Source: Patescibacteria group bacterium (GTDB taxonomy: Bacteria; Patescibacteriota; Microgenomatia; UBA1400; CG1-02-47-37). Taken from it: a stretch of 64,000 bases of DNA. This document shows positions 38,693 to 48,462 of the stretch, piece by piece (the first letter of the stretch is position 1; every line of letters begins with the position of its first letter). The stretch spans positions 4,328 through 68,327 of the forward strand of contig JAYEMX010000064.1 of assembly GCA_034718535.1 (NCBI GenBank), read 5' to 3'. The translations under genes were made by a program, and so were the position numbers. The notes under the pieces are model-generated. The model worked only from the letters and a program-made list of their open reading frames with translations, did no database searches and was not told where the DNA came from.

Positions 38693-40837
38693 TTATTCTT
38701 GATCATGAGATTGAGATAAAAAATTGTTGGCATTTGATATTAAAATATCTCTCGCTTTAGCCCCTTTACCAGGACCAACAATATTGGCTTTTTCAAGTTG
38801 ATCCAAGATTCTAGCGGCTCGAGCATAACCAATTTTTAATCTTCTTTGCATTAAAGAAGCAGAGGCTTTATTATACTGAATTATCATTTTGACAGCGTCC
38901 TTAAAAAGACTATCTCTTTCTTCTTTATTTGAATTAAGAACGGCGTTGGGCTTACCTTTATATTTACTGGTAACTTCTTCAGTATATTCAACTTTGAATT
39001 CGGATTTTTTTAAGAACTCTATTAAGCTTTTAGTGTCTCTGTCTGATAAAAAAGTACCTTGTATACGAGTGGGTTTAGATTGGGTTGGAGGAATATAAAG
39101 CATGTCTCCTCGGCCAAGTAATTTTTCCGCTCCAGGAGAATCAATAATAACCCTTGAATCAACCATGGAATTAACATTAAAAGAAATGCGGCAATTAATA
39201 TTGGCTTTAATTAAACCGGTTAAAACATCGACCGAAGGTCTTTGAGTGGCAAGAACCAAATGAATACCGGTGGCCCTAGCCATTTGGGCTAGTCTGGTAA
39301 TTGAGTCTTCGACTTCAGAGGGAGCATAAAGAATAATGTCTGCCAATTCGTCGATAACTATAACCAAATATGGTAAAGCCTGAAAACCTGAAAGTTCATT
39401 ATAACTAGCGATATTTCTAGCTCCAACTTCAGAGAATATTTTATAACGTCTTTCCATTTCCGATGTGGCCCATTTTAAAGCTGAAACGACTTTTTCGGGT
39501 TCGACAATAACCGGAGTCAGTAGGTGAGGAATATCATTATATAAAGTTAACTCGACTCTTTTGGGATCAACTAAGATAAACTTAACTTCTTCAGGGCTGG
39601 AGCGAAATAAAATACTACTAATAATAGAGTTAATACAGACAGATTTACCGGAACCGGTAGCTCCGGCAATAAGAACGTGAGGCATTTTGTCAATATCGGC
39701 AATAACCGGTTTTCCGGAAACGTTTAAACCTAAACTAAAAGCCAGTTTAGATTTTTCATTTTTTAGACTTTTCGAGGAAAGCATCTGACTTAGAGGGACT
39801 ATTTCGAGAGAACGGTTTGGTAATTCCAATCCAACCAGTGATCTACCTGGAATAGGAGCTTCAATACGAATTTGGCCTTGAGGTGCAGCAAGAGCTAAGG
39901 CTAGATCATTTTGAAGACTGGTAATTTTACTTAGTTTGGTGCCTTCGGCTATTTTGATAGCATATTGAGTAACAGCCGGTCCACGATTAACTTCTTCTAC
40001 TTTAGCTTTAATCCCAAAACTTTCCAAAGTTCTTTCAATAGTAGCGGCATTTTGTTTAACATCACCACGATCTGCCTTGGCTGTTTGAATATCTTTTAAA
40101 AGAGATAAAGGTGGATAGTGCCACATTTTTTGTTGAGCTCCGGGTAAATTACTAATAATTGAGGAGGTTTGTTTAGCTGAGGTTATTGATGGTTTTGACT
40201 TAGTTTTGGGTTTAACTGAAGGTTTGGTGGTTATAGTGGATTGAGTAGGATTGTCATCCTCGTCCATACCTTTAATAGTAAAACCCGAATCATTGGGTTT
40301 AAAGAGTGGTTTTTTTTTACTTTGAATGGATTCAAAAGCCTTTTTAAAGTTGGCAATAATTTTCTGAAGACTTAAAATAATGTCTTCCAGGCTAGTTTCA
40401 AAAATAATAACAAAGCTGATAAAAATGCCAGCTAATAAAACCAGAAAGGTTCCGGATTTGTTGATTAGATTAACCAGACTGATCCAAATCTCCCGACCAA
40501 TAGTTCCGGCCCTGGTAAGACTAATAGTGCTGATAAGTAAACATAAAGAACCAATAAATACGTTGGGTTTGGTTATTCTCCATTTTAATCTCGTTAGCAT
40601 TAATCCAGAAGCAAGAAAAATAAAAGGAAGTAAAAAAATACCCCAACCAAATAAAGAATTAAAAAAAGTATATATGGTTTCTAAAAACGGACTTTGGCGA
40701 GAAAGAGAAACCATGATTAGCGCACCAATTAAAATTAATCCTGTTGAAGAAAGAGTATATATGGTTTCTTTGGGAAGTTTTAATTTATATGGTTGTTTTC
40801 TTTTTCCCTTTGTGGATCTTTTCTTTTTCTTAGCCAT
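38693..40837 (-). CDS. ftsK: DNA translocase FtsK/SpoIIIE
   Basis: N-terminal TMs, PHVLIAGATGSGKS, VIDELAD, LATQRPS, gamma domain IGYARAAR. Confidence 0.97.
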   Translation of the reverse strand: MAKKKKRSTKGKRKQPYKLKLPKETIYTLSSTGLILIGALIMVSLSRQSPFLETIYTFFNSLFGWGIFLLPFIFLASGLMLTRLKWRITKPNVFIGSLCLLISTISLTRAGTIGREIWISLVNLINKSGTFLVLLAGIFISFVIIFETSLEDIILSLQKIIANFKKAFESIQSKKKPLFKPNDSGFTIKGMDEDDNPTQSTITTKPSVKPKTKSKPSITSAKQTSSIISNLPGAQQKMWHYPPLSLLKDIQTAKADRGDVKQNAATIERTLESFGIKAKVEEVNRGPAVTQYAIKIAEGTKLSKITSLQNDLALALAAPQGQIRIEAPIPGRSLVGLELPNRSLEIVPLSQMLSSKSLKNEKSKLAFSLGLNVSGKPVIADIDKMPHVLIAGATGSGKSVCINSIISSILFRSSPEEVKFILVDPKRVELTLYNDIPHLLTPVIVEPEKVVSALKWATSEMERRYKIFSEVGARNIASYNELSGFQALPYLVIVIDELADIILYAPSEVEDSITRLAQMARATGIHLVLATQRPSVDVLTGLIKANINCRISFNVNSMVDSRVIIDSPGAEKLLGRGDMLYIPPTQSKPTRIQGTFLSDRDTKSLIEFLKKSEFKVEYTEEVTSKYKGKPNAVLNSNKEERDSLFKDAVKMIIQYNKASASLMQRRLKIGYARAARILDQLEKANIVGPGKGAKARDILISNANNFLSQSHDQE

Positions 40838-40859
40838 AAAGTAATTATATAATAATTTC

Positions 40860-40937
40860 AGGTTCCGAACTAAAATATCGGAAACCTGCCTGCCATGCCT
40901 ATCGGCAGGTAAACCGGCAAGGCAGGGTTCGGAACCT
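40860..40937. repeat. Composite nested palindromic element (rnj-ftsK spacer)
   Basis: Family C arms aggttccgaac / gttcggaacct enclose cctgcctgcc(40885-40894)..ggcaaggcagg(40916-40926), which enclose tgcctatcggca. Confidence 0.8.
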
Positions 40938-40942
40938 AAAAG

Positions 40943-42283
40943 TTAACGGTTTTGATTGATTCGTATCTCTTTAGTTTTTATGGTTTCTGTCAAGAAATAA
41001 TTATTTGAGTGATCGAACTCAAGAACTTGAGCTGTTTTAGGAATGATGACTTGTTTAGAGTGATAGCCCATTTCTTTAGCTAATTTTTCATATTGGCGCA
41101 TATGTCTAAAACTGCCACCGATGGGATAAACATAACGAGCATTAACTAACTCCATTAAAAGCTGAATCTCTCCAGCAGAAGCATGACCCGAGACGTGAAG
41201 GTCTTCAATCATTTGGCTATGATTAACCGTGACTCCGAGTTTGGCTATTTGATCAAGAACTTTGTAAACCAAAGTTTCATTGCCCGGAATAATATCTGAC
41301 GAAAAAATAATTTTGTCGGTTAATTTTAATTTTAAAGTTCTATGAGTACCGGCGGCAAATCTGGTTAAAGAAGAACCTTCTTGGCCCTGACTGCCGGCAA
41401 TAATAACACAAACTTGATTATCTCGATATTTTTTTAGTTGATTTGGTTTAATAATGGCTTTAGATGAAACTTTTAAAAATCCAAGTTTGATAGCGATGGT
41501 AGTATTTCTTTCCATGGATCTACCGATAAAACAAATTTTTCTTCCCAAACTAATGGCTACATCAACTGCTTGTTGAATCCGATGAATTTGAGAAGACATG
41601 GTGGTAAAAATCAGACGACCATTCCAATAGCTAAATTCACGATGAATGGCTGGAGTTAAGGTAGCTTCTGAAGGAGTAAAACCCTGTCTTTCTCCTCTTA
41701 AGCAGTCAGAAATTAAACAAAGAATTTTCTTTTGACTTAAATTAACAATTTTTTGAAAGTTGGGAGGACGGTGGTCGATTGGAGTTAAATCAAATTTGTA
41801 GTCGGTACCATGATAAATATTACCAACCGGCGTTTCGATGACAAAATGAAAAGTATCTGGAACCGAGTGAGTAACATGGATAGGGTGAATAGTAAATAGT
41901 CCGAGTTTAATTTGATCTGATTCTTTAAAAACAGTAATTTTTTGATTTAATTTAAAGTCTTTGAGACGATCTTGAGCAAAACCAGCGGTTAAGCGAGAAG
42001 CATAAATGGGATGGTTGCCAATTTTAGGTAAAATGTGAGGCAGGGCAGCATGATGGTCATCGTGCCCGTGAGTCAAAATAATTCCTTTAATATTAATCTC
42101 CGGGTGATTTAGTAGATAACTAATATCGGGAATTAAGATATCATTAGTTTCTTTATCGTCCGGAAAGCCAATCCCGCAATCAATGATAATGGCTTCTTTC
42201 CCATATTGATATAGGTACATGTTATTAGTAACCATGCCCGGCCCACCGCCGAGAGGAATGATGCGTAAATTGTTATTGTTCAT
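40943..42283 (-). CDS. rnj: Ribonuclease J (C-terminally short)
   Basis: IIPLGG, THGHDDH, HSVPD, DYKFD, GSQG, LHVSGHA; metallo-beta-lactamase/beta-CASP motifs. Confidence 0.9.
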   Translation of the reverse strand: MNNNNLRIIPLGGGPGMVTNNMYLYQYGKEAIIIDCGIGFPDDKETNDILIPDISYLLNHPEINIKGIILTHGHDDHHAALPHILPKIGNHPIYASRLTAGFAQDRLKDFKLNQKITVFKESDQIKLGLFTIHPIHVTHSVPDTFHFVIETPVGNIYHGTDYKFDLTPIDHRPPNFQKIVNLSQKKILCLISDCLRGERQGFTPSEATLTPAIHREFSYWNGRLIFTTMSSQIHRIQQAVDVAISLGRKICFIGRSMERNTTIAIKLGFLKVSSKAIIKPNQLKKYRDNQVCVIIAGSQGQEGSSLTRFAAGTHRTLKLKLTDKIIFSSDIIPGNETLVYKVLDQIAKLGVTVNHSQMIEDLHVSGHASAGEIQLLMELVNARYVYPIGGSFRHMRQYEKLAKEMGYHSKQVIIPKTAQVLEFDHSNNYFLTETIKTKEIRINQNR

Positions 42284-43347
42284 ATTGGTAAATAGTTTTT
42301 AATATTTTTTAAGGTTAAGTGAATGTGCTTAGTTTGACCTTCAACTATTAGTTTAGCAATTTTATGACAAATTCCTTTAATAGTCCGCTCCAAAGTTCTG
42401 ATACCGGCATCAAAGCCCAGAGGTCTAACTATTTTTGGCCAAATATCATCATCTAAACTTAAATTGTCTTTGGTTAAACCAGACTGTTTTAAAGTATGAG
42501 GTAAAATATAATTTTTAGCGATAGTAATTTTTTCATTATCAGTATATGAAGGCATTTGGATAATTTCCAAACGGTCAAGAACAGCAGTGGCAATATTCCT
42601 AGTATTGTTGGCCGTAGCTATAAATAAAACGTTTGATAAATCGACTGGATAATCCAAATAATGATCGGTAAATTGAGAGTTTTGTTCCGGGTCAAGTAGT
42701 TCAACTAAAACACCCATAATATCGGCTTGAGCATTAGCGCCGACTCTATCAATTTCATCCAGCAAAAAAATTGGATTTTTGGTTTGAGCTTTTTTTAGAG
42801 CTTTAATAATTAAACCCGGTTCGGCATCGGGATGAAGTCTAGATTGACCCCTTAAATCTCTGGCTGATCCTAAACCGCCAAAAGGAATACGGACATATTT
42901 TCTTTGCATGGCTTCAGCCAATGAAGGACCAAAGGTGGTTTTACCAGTACCAACTAAACCAACTAAACATAAAATTGGGGCCCGTGAAATTTTATTATTA
43001 TAATTAAGATTATTTGACTGCGAACGAGTTAATGACAAAACAGAAATATATTCCAATATTTTTTCTTTAACTTGATCCATACCATAATGATGTTTATCTA
43101 AAATTTCTTTGGCGATTTTTAAATTTAGTCTATCTTGACTAAATTTTGTCCAAGGAAGACTTATAATCCAATCCAAATATTTTGAAGTACGTTCAAATTC
43201 GATTGAATAACCTCGGTGCTCCACCATTAAAGAAAGTCTTTTAATCATTTCTAAAGTTTTGATTTTTAACTCAGGGGGAAGAGTAATTTTAGATAGTCTA
43301 TTTTCCAATTTTTGGGTTTCTTTAACTAGGGCAGATGTCTGGTTCAT
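42280..43347 (-). CDS. Lon-like AAA+ ATPase lacking the protease domain
   Basis: YLDWIISLPW, LDKHHYG..VKEKILEY, GLVGTGKT, NPIFLLDEID, LLDPEQN..F.DHY, DRLEII; ends before the Ser-Lys domain. Confidence 0.85.
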   Translation of the reverse strand: MNQTSALVKETQKLENRLSKITLPPELKIKTLEMIKRLSLMVEHRGYSIEFERTSKYLDWIISLPWTKFSQDRLNLKIAKEILDKHHYGMDQVKEKILEYISVLSLTRSQSNNLNYNNKISRAPILCLVGLVGTGKTTFGPSLAEAMQRKYVRIPFGGLGSARDLRGQSRLHPDAEPGLIIKALKKAQTKNPIFLLDEIDRVGANAQADIMGVLVELLDPEQNSQFTDHYLDYPVDLSNVLFIATANNTRNIATAVLDRLEIIQMPSYTDNEKITIAKNYILPHTLKQSGLTKDNLSLDDDIWPKIVRPLGFDAGIRTLERTIKGICHKIAKLIVEGQTKHIHLTLKNIKNYLPI

Positions 43348-43362
43348 AGGGCAAATGTGTTT

Positions 43363-45525
43363 CTAATGTTGTCGAGACCGACGACTATTAAAGTTACCAC
43401 TTGATCTTTGAGGGCTTGATTGCTGGCGTTGTCTAGCTTGATCTTCTTGTTCGGGAGTTAAAGTAGTTAAATCAATTCTATTCATTTCGTCTATTTTGGT
43501 AACTCTAACATGGAGAGAGTCACCGATTTTAACTACGTCGTTAATATTTTTAACAAATTGATCTGATAGTTTACTAATATGGACCATGCCATCTCTTCCG
43601 GGAAGTAATTCAACAAAGGCACCATAGTTTTCAACTCTAACAACCGTGCCATCAAATTCTTCACCAACTTGAATTTCTCTGGTTAGGCCTTTAACCCAAG
43701 TAACGGCTCTGTTTAAATTTTCATCAGTTTCTCCGGTAATGGTGACACAACCATCATCTTCGACATTAACTTCACACTCAGTAGATTTAATAATTTCTTT
43801 GATTTGTCTGCCACCCGGACCAATCAGTTCACCGATTTTTTCTACTGAAATATTAAGGGTGGCGATTTTGGGAGCATAAAGAGAAAGTTTTTTTCTCGGT
43901 GTAGCTAAGGTTTTGGCCATTGATTCCAAGACGGTTAGTCTGGCTATTTTAGCTTGGTTTAAAGCGGTTTCTAAAACTTTAAATGGTATACCGGAAATTT
44001 TAATATCCATTTGTAAGGCGGTAATGCCGTCTTTAGTGCCGGCTACTTTAAAATCCATATCACCAATATGATCTTCTAAACCTTGAATGTCGGTTAAAAT
44101 AGTATAGTCGTCTTCTTGTTTCATTAAACCCATAGCAATACCGGCGACTGGTTTTTTTAGAGGCACGCCAGCATCCATTAATGAAAGAGATGAGCCACAA
44201 ACAGAGGCCATAGACGAAGAACCATTGCTTGACATAATTTCGGAAACAACCCTGATAGTGTAGGGAAAGTTTTCTTTGGTTGGAAGCATTGGTTCAATAG
44301 CTCTTTCAGCTAAGGCTCCATGGCCAATTTCTCTTCTTTTTGGCCAACCAATTCGGCCGGTTTCACCAACACAAAATGGAGGAAAATTATAATGATGGAT
44401 ATATCTTTTCTTGGTTTCACCATTTAAATCTTCAATTAATTGTTCCAGCCTGGGTGAACCTAAAGTAACAACAGAAAGAGCTTGAGTAGCTCCTCTTTTA
44501 AACATGGCAGATCCGTGAGTTCTTGGAAGAAGACTAACTTTTGAAGAAAGATCTCTAACTTGATCAGTGGTGCGACCATCCGGTCTGATTTTTTTATCAA
44601 AAAGTTGAGTTCTTAATACTTGGTTAAAATAATTATTAATAACTTCTTTGATTGTATTGGGTTCTATATCTTCGAGTTGATTGATAACAGCTTGTTCGAT
44701 TTCATAAATTTCATTTTTAGGTGAACCTGCTTTTAATCTTTTAATAAAGTCGTCAAGTGAAGATTTGGATTTGGCTAAGATTTCTTTTTTATCTGTTTCA
44801 GAAATTTTACTTTCCAATACTTCTACTTTTTCAGTTCCAATTTCTTTTACTAATTGATTGATAACTTCTGTTATTTTTTTAATTTCTTCTCCGGCTGTTT
44901 CCAAGGCTTTGATGGTTAATTTTTCGGAAATTTCATTGGCTCCAGCTTCAACCATAACAATAGCCTGCTTAGATCCGGAAACAACTAAATCAAGTTTTGA
45001 AGTCTCCAGTTCTTTTTTAGTCGGATTAATAATTAAATTACTTTTTGGGTCAGTGCCGATTCTAACAGCTGCAATTGGACCTTTAAAAGGAATGTTTGAA
45101 ATACTTAAGGCGGCTGAAGTGCCGATTAATCCCAAAATGTCAGGATTGGTTTGTTTGTCGTAGGATAAAATCGAGACAATAACTTGAACTTCCGACATAT
45201 AGTTTTTTGGGAATAACGGCCTAATTGATCGATCAATTAGTCTGGCTTTTAAAATAGATTCGTCTGTTGGCTTACCTTCTCTTTTAACCCAACGAGAGCC
45301 TTTAATAATACCGGCGGCATAAAGCTTTTCTCGATATTCAACCGATAAAGGAAAATATCCCAAACTGGGGTTTTCTCTGCCGGCTACCACGGTAACTTGA
45401 ACAACAGTTTCTCCGGAAGTAACGATAACAGCACCGGAAGCTTGCTGAGCATAACTACCGACTTCAATAGTTATCTCTTTATTATTAATAGTTACAGATT
45501 TTGAGGTTATTTTAGTGTTTGACAT
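43363..45525 (-). CDS. pnp: Polyribonucleotide nucleotidyltransferase
   Basis: RLIDRSIRPLF, RREIGHG, SNGSSSMAS, GDMDFKVAG, KH and S1 domains. Confidence 0.98.
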   Translation of the reverse strand: MSNTKITSKSVTINNKEITIEVGSYAQQASGAVIVTSGETVVQVTVVAGRENPSLGYFPLSVEYREKLYAAGIIKGSRWVKREGKPTDESILKARLIDRSIRPLFPKNYMSEVQVIVSILSYDKQTNPDILGLIGTSAALSISNIPFKGPIAAVRIGTDPKSNLIINPTKKELETSKLDLVVSGSKQAIVMVEAGANEISEKLTIKALETAGEEIKKITEVINQLVKEIGTEKVEVLESKISETDKKEILAKSKSSLDDFIKRLKAGSPKNEIYEIEQAVINQLEDIEPNTIKEVINNYFNQVLRTQLFDKKIRPDGRTTDQVRDLSSKVSLLPRTHGSAMFKRGATQALSVVTLGSPRLEQLIEDLNGETKKRYIHHYNFPPFCVGETGRIGWPKRREIGHGALAERAIEPMLPTKENFPYTIRVVSEIMSSNGSSSMASVCGSSLSLMDAGVPLKKPVAGIAMGLMKQEDDYTILTDIQGLEDHIGDMDFKVAGTKDGITALQMDIKISGIPFKVLETALNQAKIARLTVLESMAKTLATPRKKLSLYAPKIATLNISVEKIGELIGPGGRQIKEIIKSTECEVNVEDDGCVTITGETDENLNRAVTWVKGLTREIQVGEEFDGTVVRVENYGAFVELLPGRDGMVHISKLSDQFVKNINDVVKIGDSLHVRVTKIDEMNRIDLTTLTPEQEDQARQRQQSSPQRSSGNFNSRRSRQH

Positions 45526-45531
45526 GTGTTT

Positions 45532-45807
45532 TTAATTTTTTAATTTTAATTTTAATTTTTTAATAGTATTTTCGTGTCTTTTTTTATCTTTGCTTTTTAA
45601 GTAATTTAGTAAACGACGACGTTTACTGACCATGGCTAATAAGCCTTTTCTTGAATGATTGTCTTTTTTATGTTTTTTAAGATGTTCTGTAAGTTCTTTA
45701 ATCCGTTCTGTAAGAAGAGCAATTTGAATTTCTGGTGAACCGGTATCGCCTTTTTGTGTGGCAAATTTTTTAATTATTTTTTCTTTTTTTGAAGTAACTA
45801 ATGTCAT
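45532..45807 (-). CDS. rpsO: 30S ribosomal protein uS15
   Basis: [24 protein letters not shown]. Confidence 0.98.
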   Translation of the reverse strand: MTLVTSKKEKIIKKFATQKGDTGSPEIQIALLTERIKELTEHLKKHKKDNHSRKGLLAMVSKRRRLLNYLKSKDKKRHENTIKKLKLKLKN

Positions 45808-45847
45808 AACTCTGGTATTTTATCAGATAAAGGTAAATATATAAAGG

Positions 45848-46846
45848 TTAGATCTTAGATGAAGAGCTAGTTAAAACTTTTGGCTTTAGCCAATCGGGTT
45901 GAGGAGCTCGAGATTTCTCTGGTAATCTCTGTAAAGGTTTAGTAGAGGGTTGTTGAGGGATAGATTGAGATAATTGAGGGGGTTTGTTTGGAGTAGAAAC
46001 GGGGTGGAGCTGGTTAGTTGGTTGAAGTGACGGGGTGGTTGGCCAGCTTGGAATTTGTCTTGGAGTTTTTGAAGTAAAAGGAGTAGTAGGGCGAGGAGTT
46101 GATAAAATATAACCTTTTTTAGCCCCTAAACGAATTAACTCTGCTACGGTTTCATAGGTTTCCGGAGATGAAGCTTGAGCTAAGTTGTTGGTGGCAGATT
46201 CAATGCCTGTAAGTAAGTTGGTGGCAATATCTTGATTGATGGAAAGATTAAGTGATTTTAAAACCGTAAAAGTAATTTCACTGCAACCAGTTGAGGTGGG
46301 ATCATATATATTAACAGTGCCAAATTGAGTATTTTTATCTAAGTTTGATAAATTAACTATGGGTGTTTTTGGATCATCAAGTAAAGTTTTTTCTTGCTGA
46401 TACAAAGACCCCAGGTCTTCTTTACTTTTGGTGCCGATAATAAAAATAAGGTCGGCATTTGAACCGGTGTAGGAATATTTAACTGATTGAGAGTCAAGGG
46501 GTGGAAAGCCGGCTTTTGGTTCAATGGTCAGGTGAATTTTTTTGTTTTGAGGGTCTTTGTCATAGGAAACTTTTTCTAGAGAATCTTCATCATATTGAAA
46601 AGAGATAACTAAGTTCTGGTTGCCAATGTTTGATTTGATTTTATCAACGGCAAAAAGACGATTAAAATTAACTGTCATAGGGGTTGAACAACCAATGGTA
46701 GGATTTTTTTGCTGATTAAGTAAAGATAAATAAAGAGATAGTCCGGCAGATACAATGTCTAGGTTGGGATTTTGGGGAAGTAAAATTAAGACTGTTTTTG
46801 CAGTTTTTAGGGCAGTTAAGATAGGTTGGGTGTTATATTGTTTCAT
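45848..46846 (-). CDS. DHH/NrnA-like protein with degenerate active site and Pro-rich tail
   Basis: NP.LD, SEI, IATNLLTGI..AT fold markers; no DHH motif; follows infB as nrnA often does. Confidence 0.6.
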   Translation of the reverse strand: MKQYNTQPILTALKTAKTVLILLPQNPNLDIVSAGLSLYLSLLNQQKNPTIGCSTPMTVNFNRLFAVDKIKSNIGNQNLVISFQYDEDSLEKVSYDKDPQNKKIHLTIEPKAGFPPLDSQSVKYSYTGSNADLIFIIGTKSKEDLGSLYQQEKTLLDDPKTPIVNLSNLDKNTQFGTVNIYDPTSTGCSEITFTVLKSLNLSINQDIATNLLTGIESATNNLAQASSPETYETVAELIRLGAKKGYILSTPRPTTPFTSKTPRQIPSWPTTPSLQPTNQLHPVSTPNKPPQLSQSIPQQPSTKPLQRLPEKSRAPQPDWLKPKVLTSSSSKI

Positions 46847-46856
46847 AATTTTTCTT

Positions 46857-46935
46857 TAAGGTTGAACCCTGTCTCACTTTGTTCGACTAAACATCTCGAC
46901 TTTTAGTCGGGATTTCCGGAGAGGGTTCAACCTTA
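46857..46935. repeat. Composite inverted-repeat element (family E arms with internal hairpins)
   Basis: taaggttgaaccct (46857-46870) / agggttcaacctta (46922-46935); internal atctcgact-ttt-agtcgggat. Confidence 0.8.
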
Positions 46936-46986
46936 TTATTTCTACTTAATTTCTGATTATCTCAAAGATATCCTTTAAAGTCAATG

Positions 46987-48462
46987 TTATAGGATATTTT
47001 TGTAGGCAATAAGTTTATCTTTTGGTTGAAAGTCCAACTTAGAAGTAAAACTAACTCCACATTGTTCCCCTTTTATGACTCTATCAACAATTTTCTTTTC
47101 TTGATTAATGGATTTAATTTTACTATCAGCAATGGTTTGTTTTTTTCTAATTAAATGAACTTTACTTCCAGGGGTAAGTTTACCGCTAATAACCTCACAA
47201 CCGGCTATTTTTGCACCTTTAACAGTAAACTCAGCAATGATTTTGGCTGTAGCCAATTCCTGTTCATCTATGGTGGGTTCTAATATTTTTAAAATTTCTT
47301 TTTGAAGATCGTCTAAAAGTTTGTGAATTAAAGAATAAGTTTTGATTAAAATTGATTCGCGATCAGCTAAATTGATGACAGAAGTAGCTGATTTAACCCT
47401 AAAGGCAATAATTTTGGCTTTAGTGGGTTGAGCTAGTAATACATCTGATTCGGAAATGTTTCCAACCCCTGAAGAAATTAAAGTGATGTCGTCGCCCAAA
47501 TTTTGAATAATGGCCTCTAAAGTTCCTTTTGTGTCTGCTTTTAGAATTATTTTGAGGGTTTGTTTGTCAGTTTCAGACTCAGAGGGTTCGGAGTTTTCTA
47601 GGGCAACATCTTCTGATTTTTCCGCCTTGACTTGGCCTTTGGCTCTTGATTTAATCGGGATTGAGACATCGGCTTTTTCGGGTTCTTTGGTAGTAACAAT
47701 AGAGCCAACCGGCGGTACTTGTTTAAAGCCCAAAATAAGAACTGGTTGACCGGGAGTAACTTGAGTTAAATTTTTGTTGTTTTCATCAAATAAAGCTTTG
47801 ACTTTACCAGAAGTATTTTGAGTAAAAATAGGGTCAGATATTTTTAAAGTTCCTGTTTTAACAATAATAGTGACAACAGCCCCTCTTTTTTGATCAAGAG
47901 ATGACTCGATAACTATGCCGGAAAAATCAGCCTGATCTTTATTTTTTAGTTCTAAGATATCAGTTGAAAGTAAAATCATTTCAAGAAGTTGATCTAAATT
48001 TTTCCCTGTTTTAGCAGAAACAGGAACACAGACTATATCTCCACCAAAACCCTCAACTGCAACTCCGGCATCAGCCAAATCTTTTTTTACAATGGCGGGT
48101 GAGGCATTAGGTAAATCCATTTTATTGATAGCTACTAAAAAAGGGACTTTTGCCAGCTTAATATGATCTAAACATTCTTTAGTTTGAGGTTTTATTGATT
48201 CAATGGCATCAATGACTAAGATAACCAAATCGGTTGCTTGAACCCCCCTAGCTCTCATGGCTGCAAAAGCAGCATGACCAGGAGTGTCGATAAAAGTTAA
48301 AGGTCTAGTTTTGTGTTTTATTTGATAGGCTCCAATATGTTGAGTAATCCCGCCGGACTCATTATTGGCAACTTTTGTTTTTCTTAAAGCATCAAGAAGG
48401 GTGGTTTTGCCATGATCGATGTGACCCATGACGGTAATAACTGGCGGCCTATTTTTTTTCAT
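46987..48462 (-). CDS. infB: Translation initiation factor IF-2, lacking N-terminal domain
   Basis: RPPVITVMGHIDHGKTTLLD, GGITQHIGAY, DTPGHAAF, NKMD. Confidence 0.96.
   Translation of the reverse strand: MKKNRPPVITVMGHIDHGKTTLLDALRKTKVANNESGGITQHIGAYQIKHKTRPLTFIDTPGHAAFAAMRARGVQATDLVILVIDAIESIKPQTKECLDHIKLAKVPFLVAINKMDLPNASPAIVKKDLADAGVAVEGFGGDIVCVPVSAKTGKNLDQLLEMILLSTDILELKNKDQADFSGIVIESSLDQKRGAVVTIIVKTGTLKISDPIFTQNTSGKVKALFDENNKNLTQVTPGQPVLILGFKQVPPVGSIVTTKEPEKADVSIPIKSRAKGQVKAEKSEDVALENSEPSESETDKQTLKIILKADTKGTLEAIIQNLGDDITLISSGVGNISESDVLLAQPTKAKIIAFRVKSATSVINLADRESILIKTYSLIHKLLDDLQKEILKILEPTIDEQELATAKIIAEFTVKGAKIAGCEVISGKLTPGSKVHLIRKKQTIADSKIKSINQEKKIVDRVIKGEQCGVSFTSKLDFQPKDKLIAYKNIL

Noticed and set aside
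45907-45920. ctcgagatttctct, similar to ctcgagattctct in the rplO tail
   Set aside because: A single short match; chance cannot be excluded without a genome-wide count.
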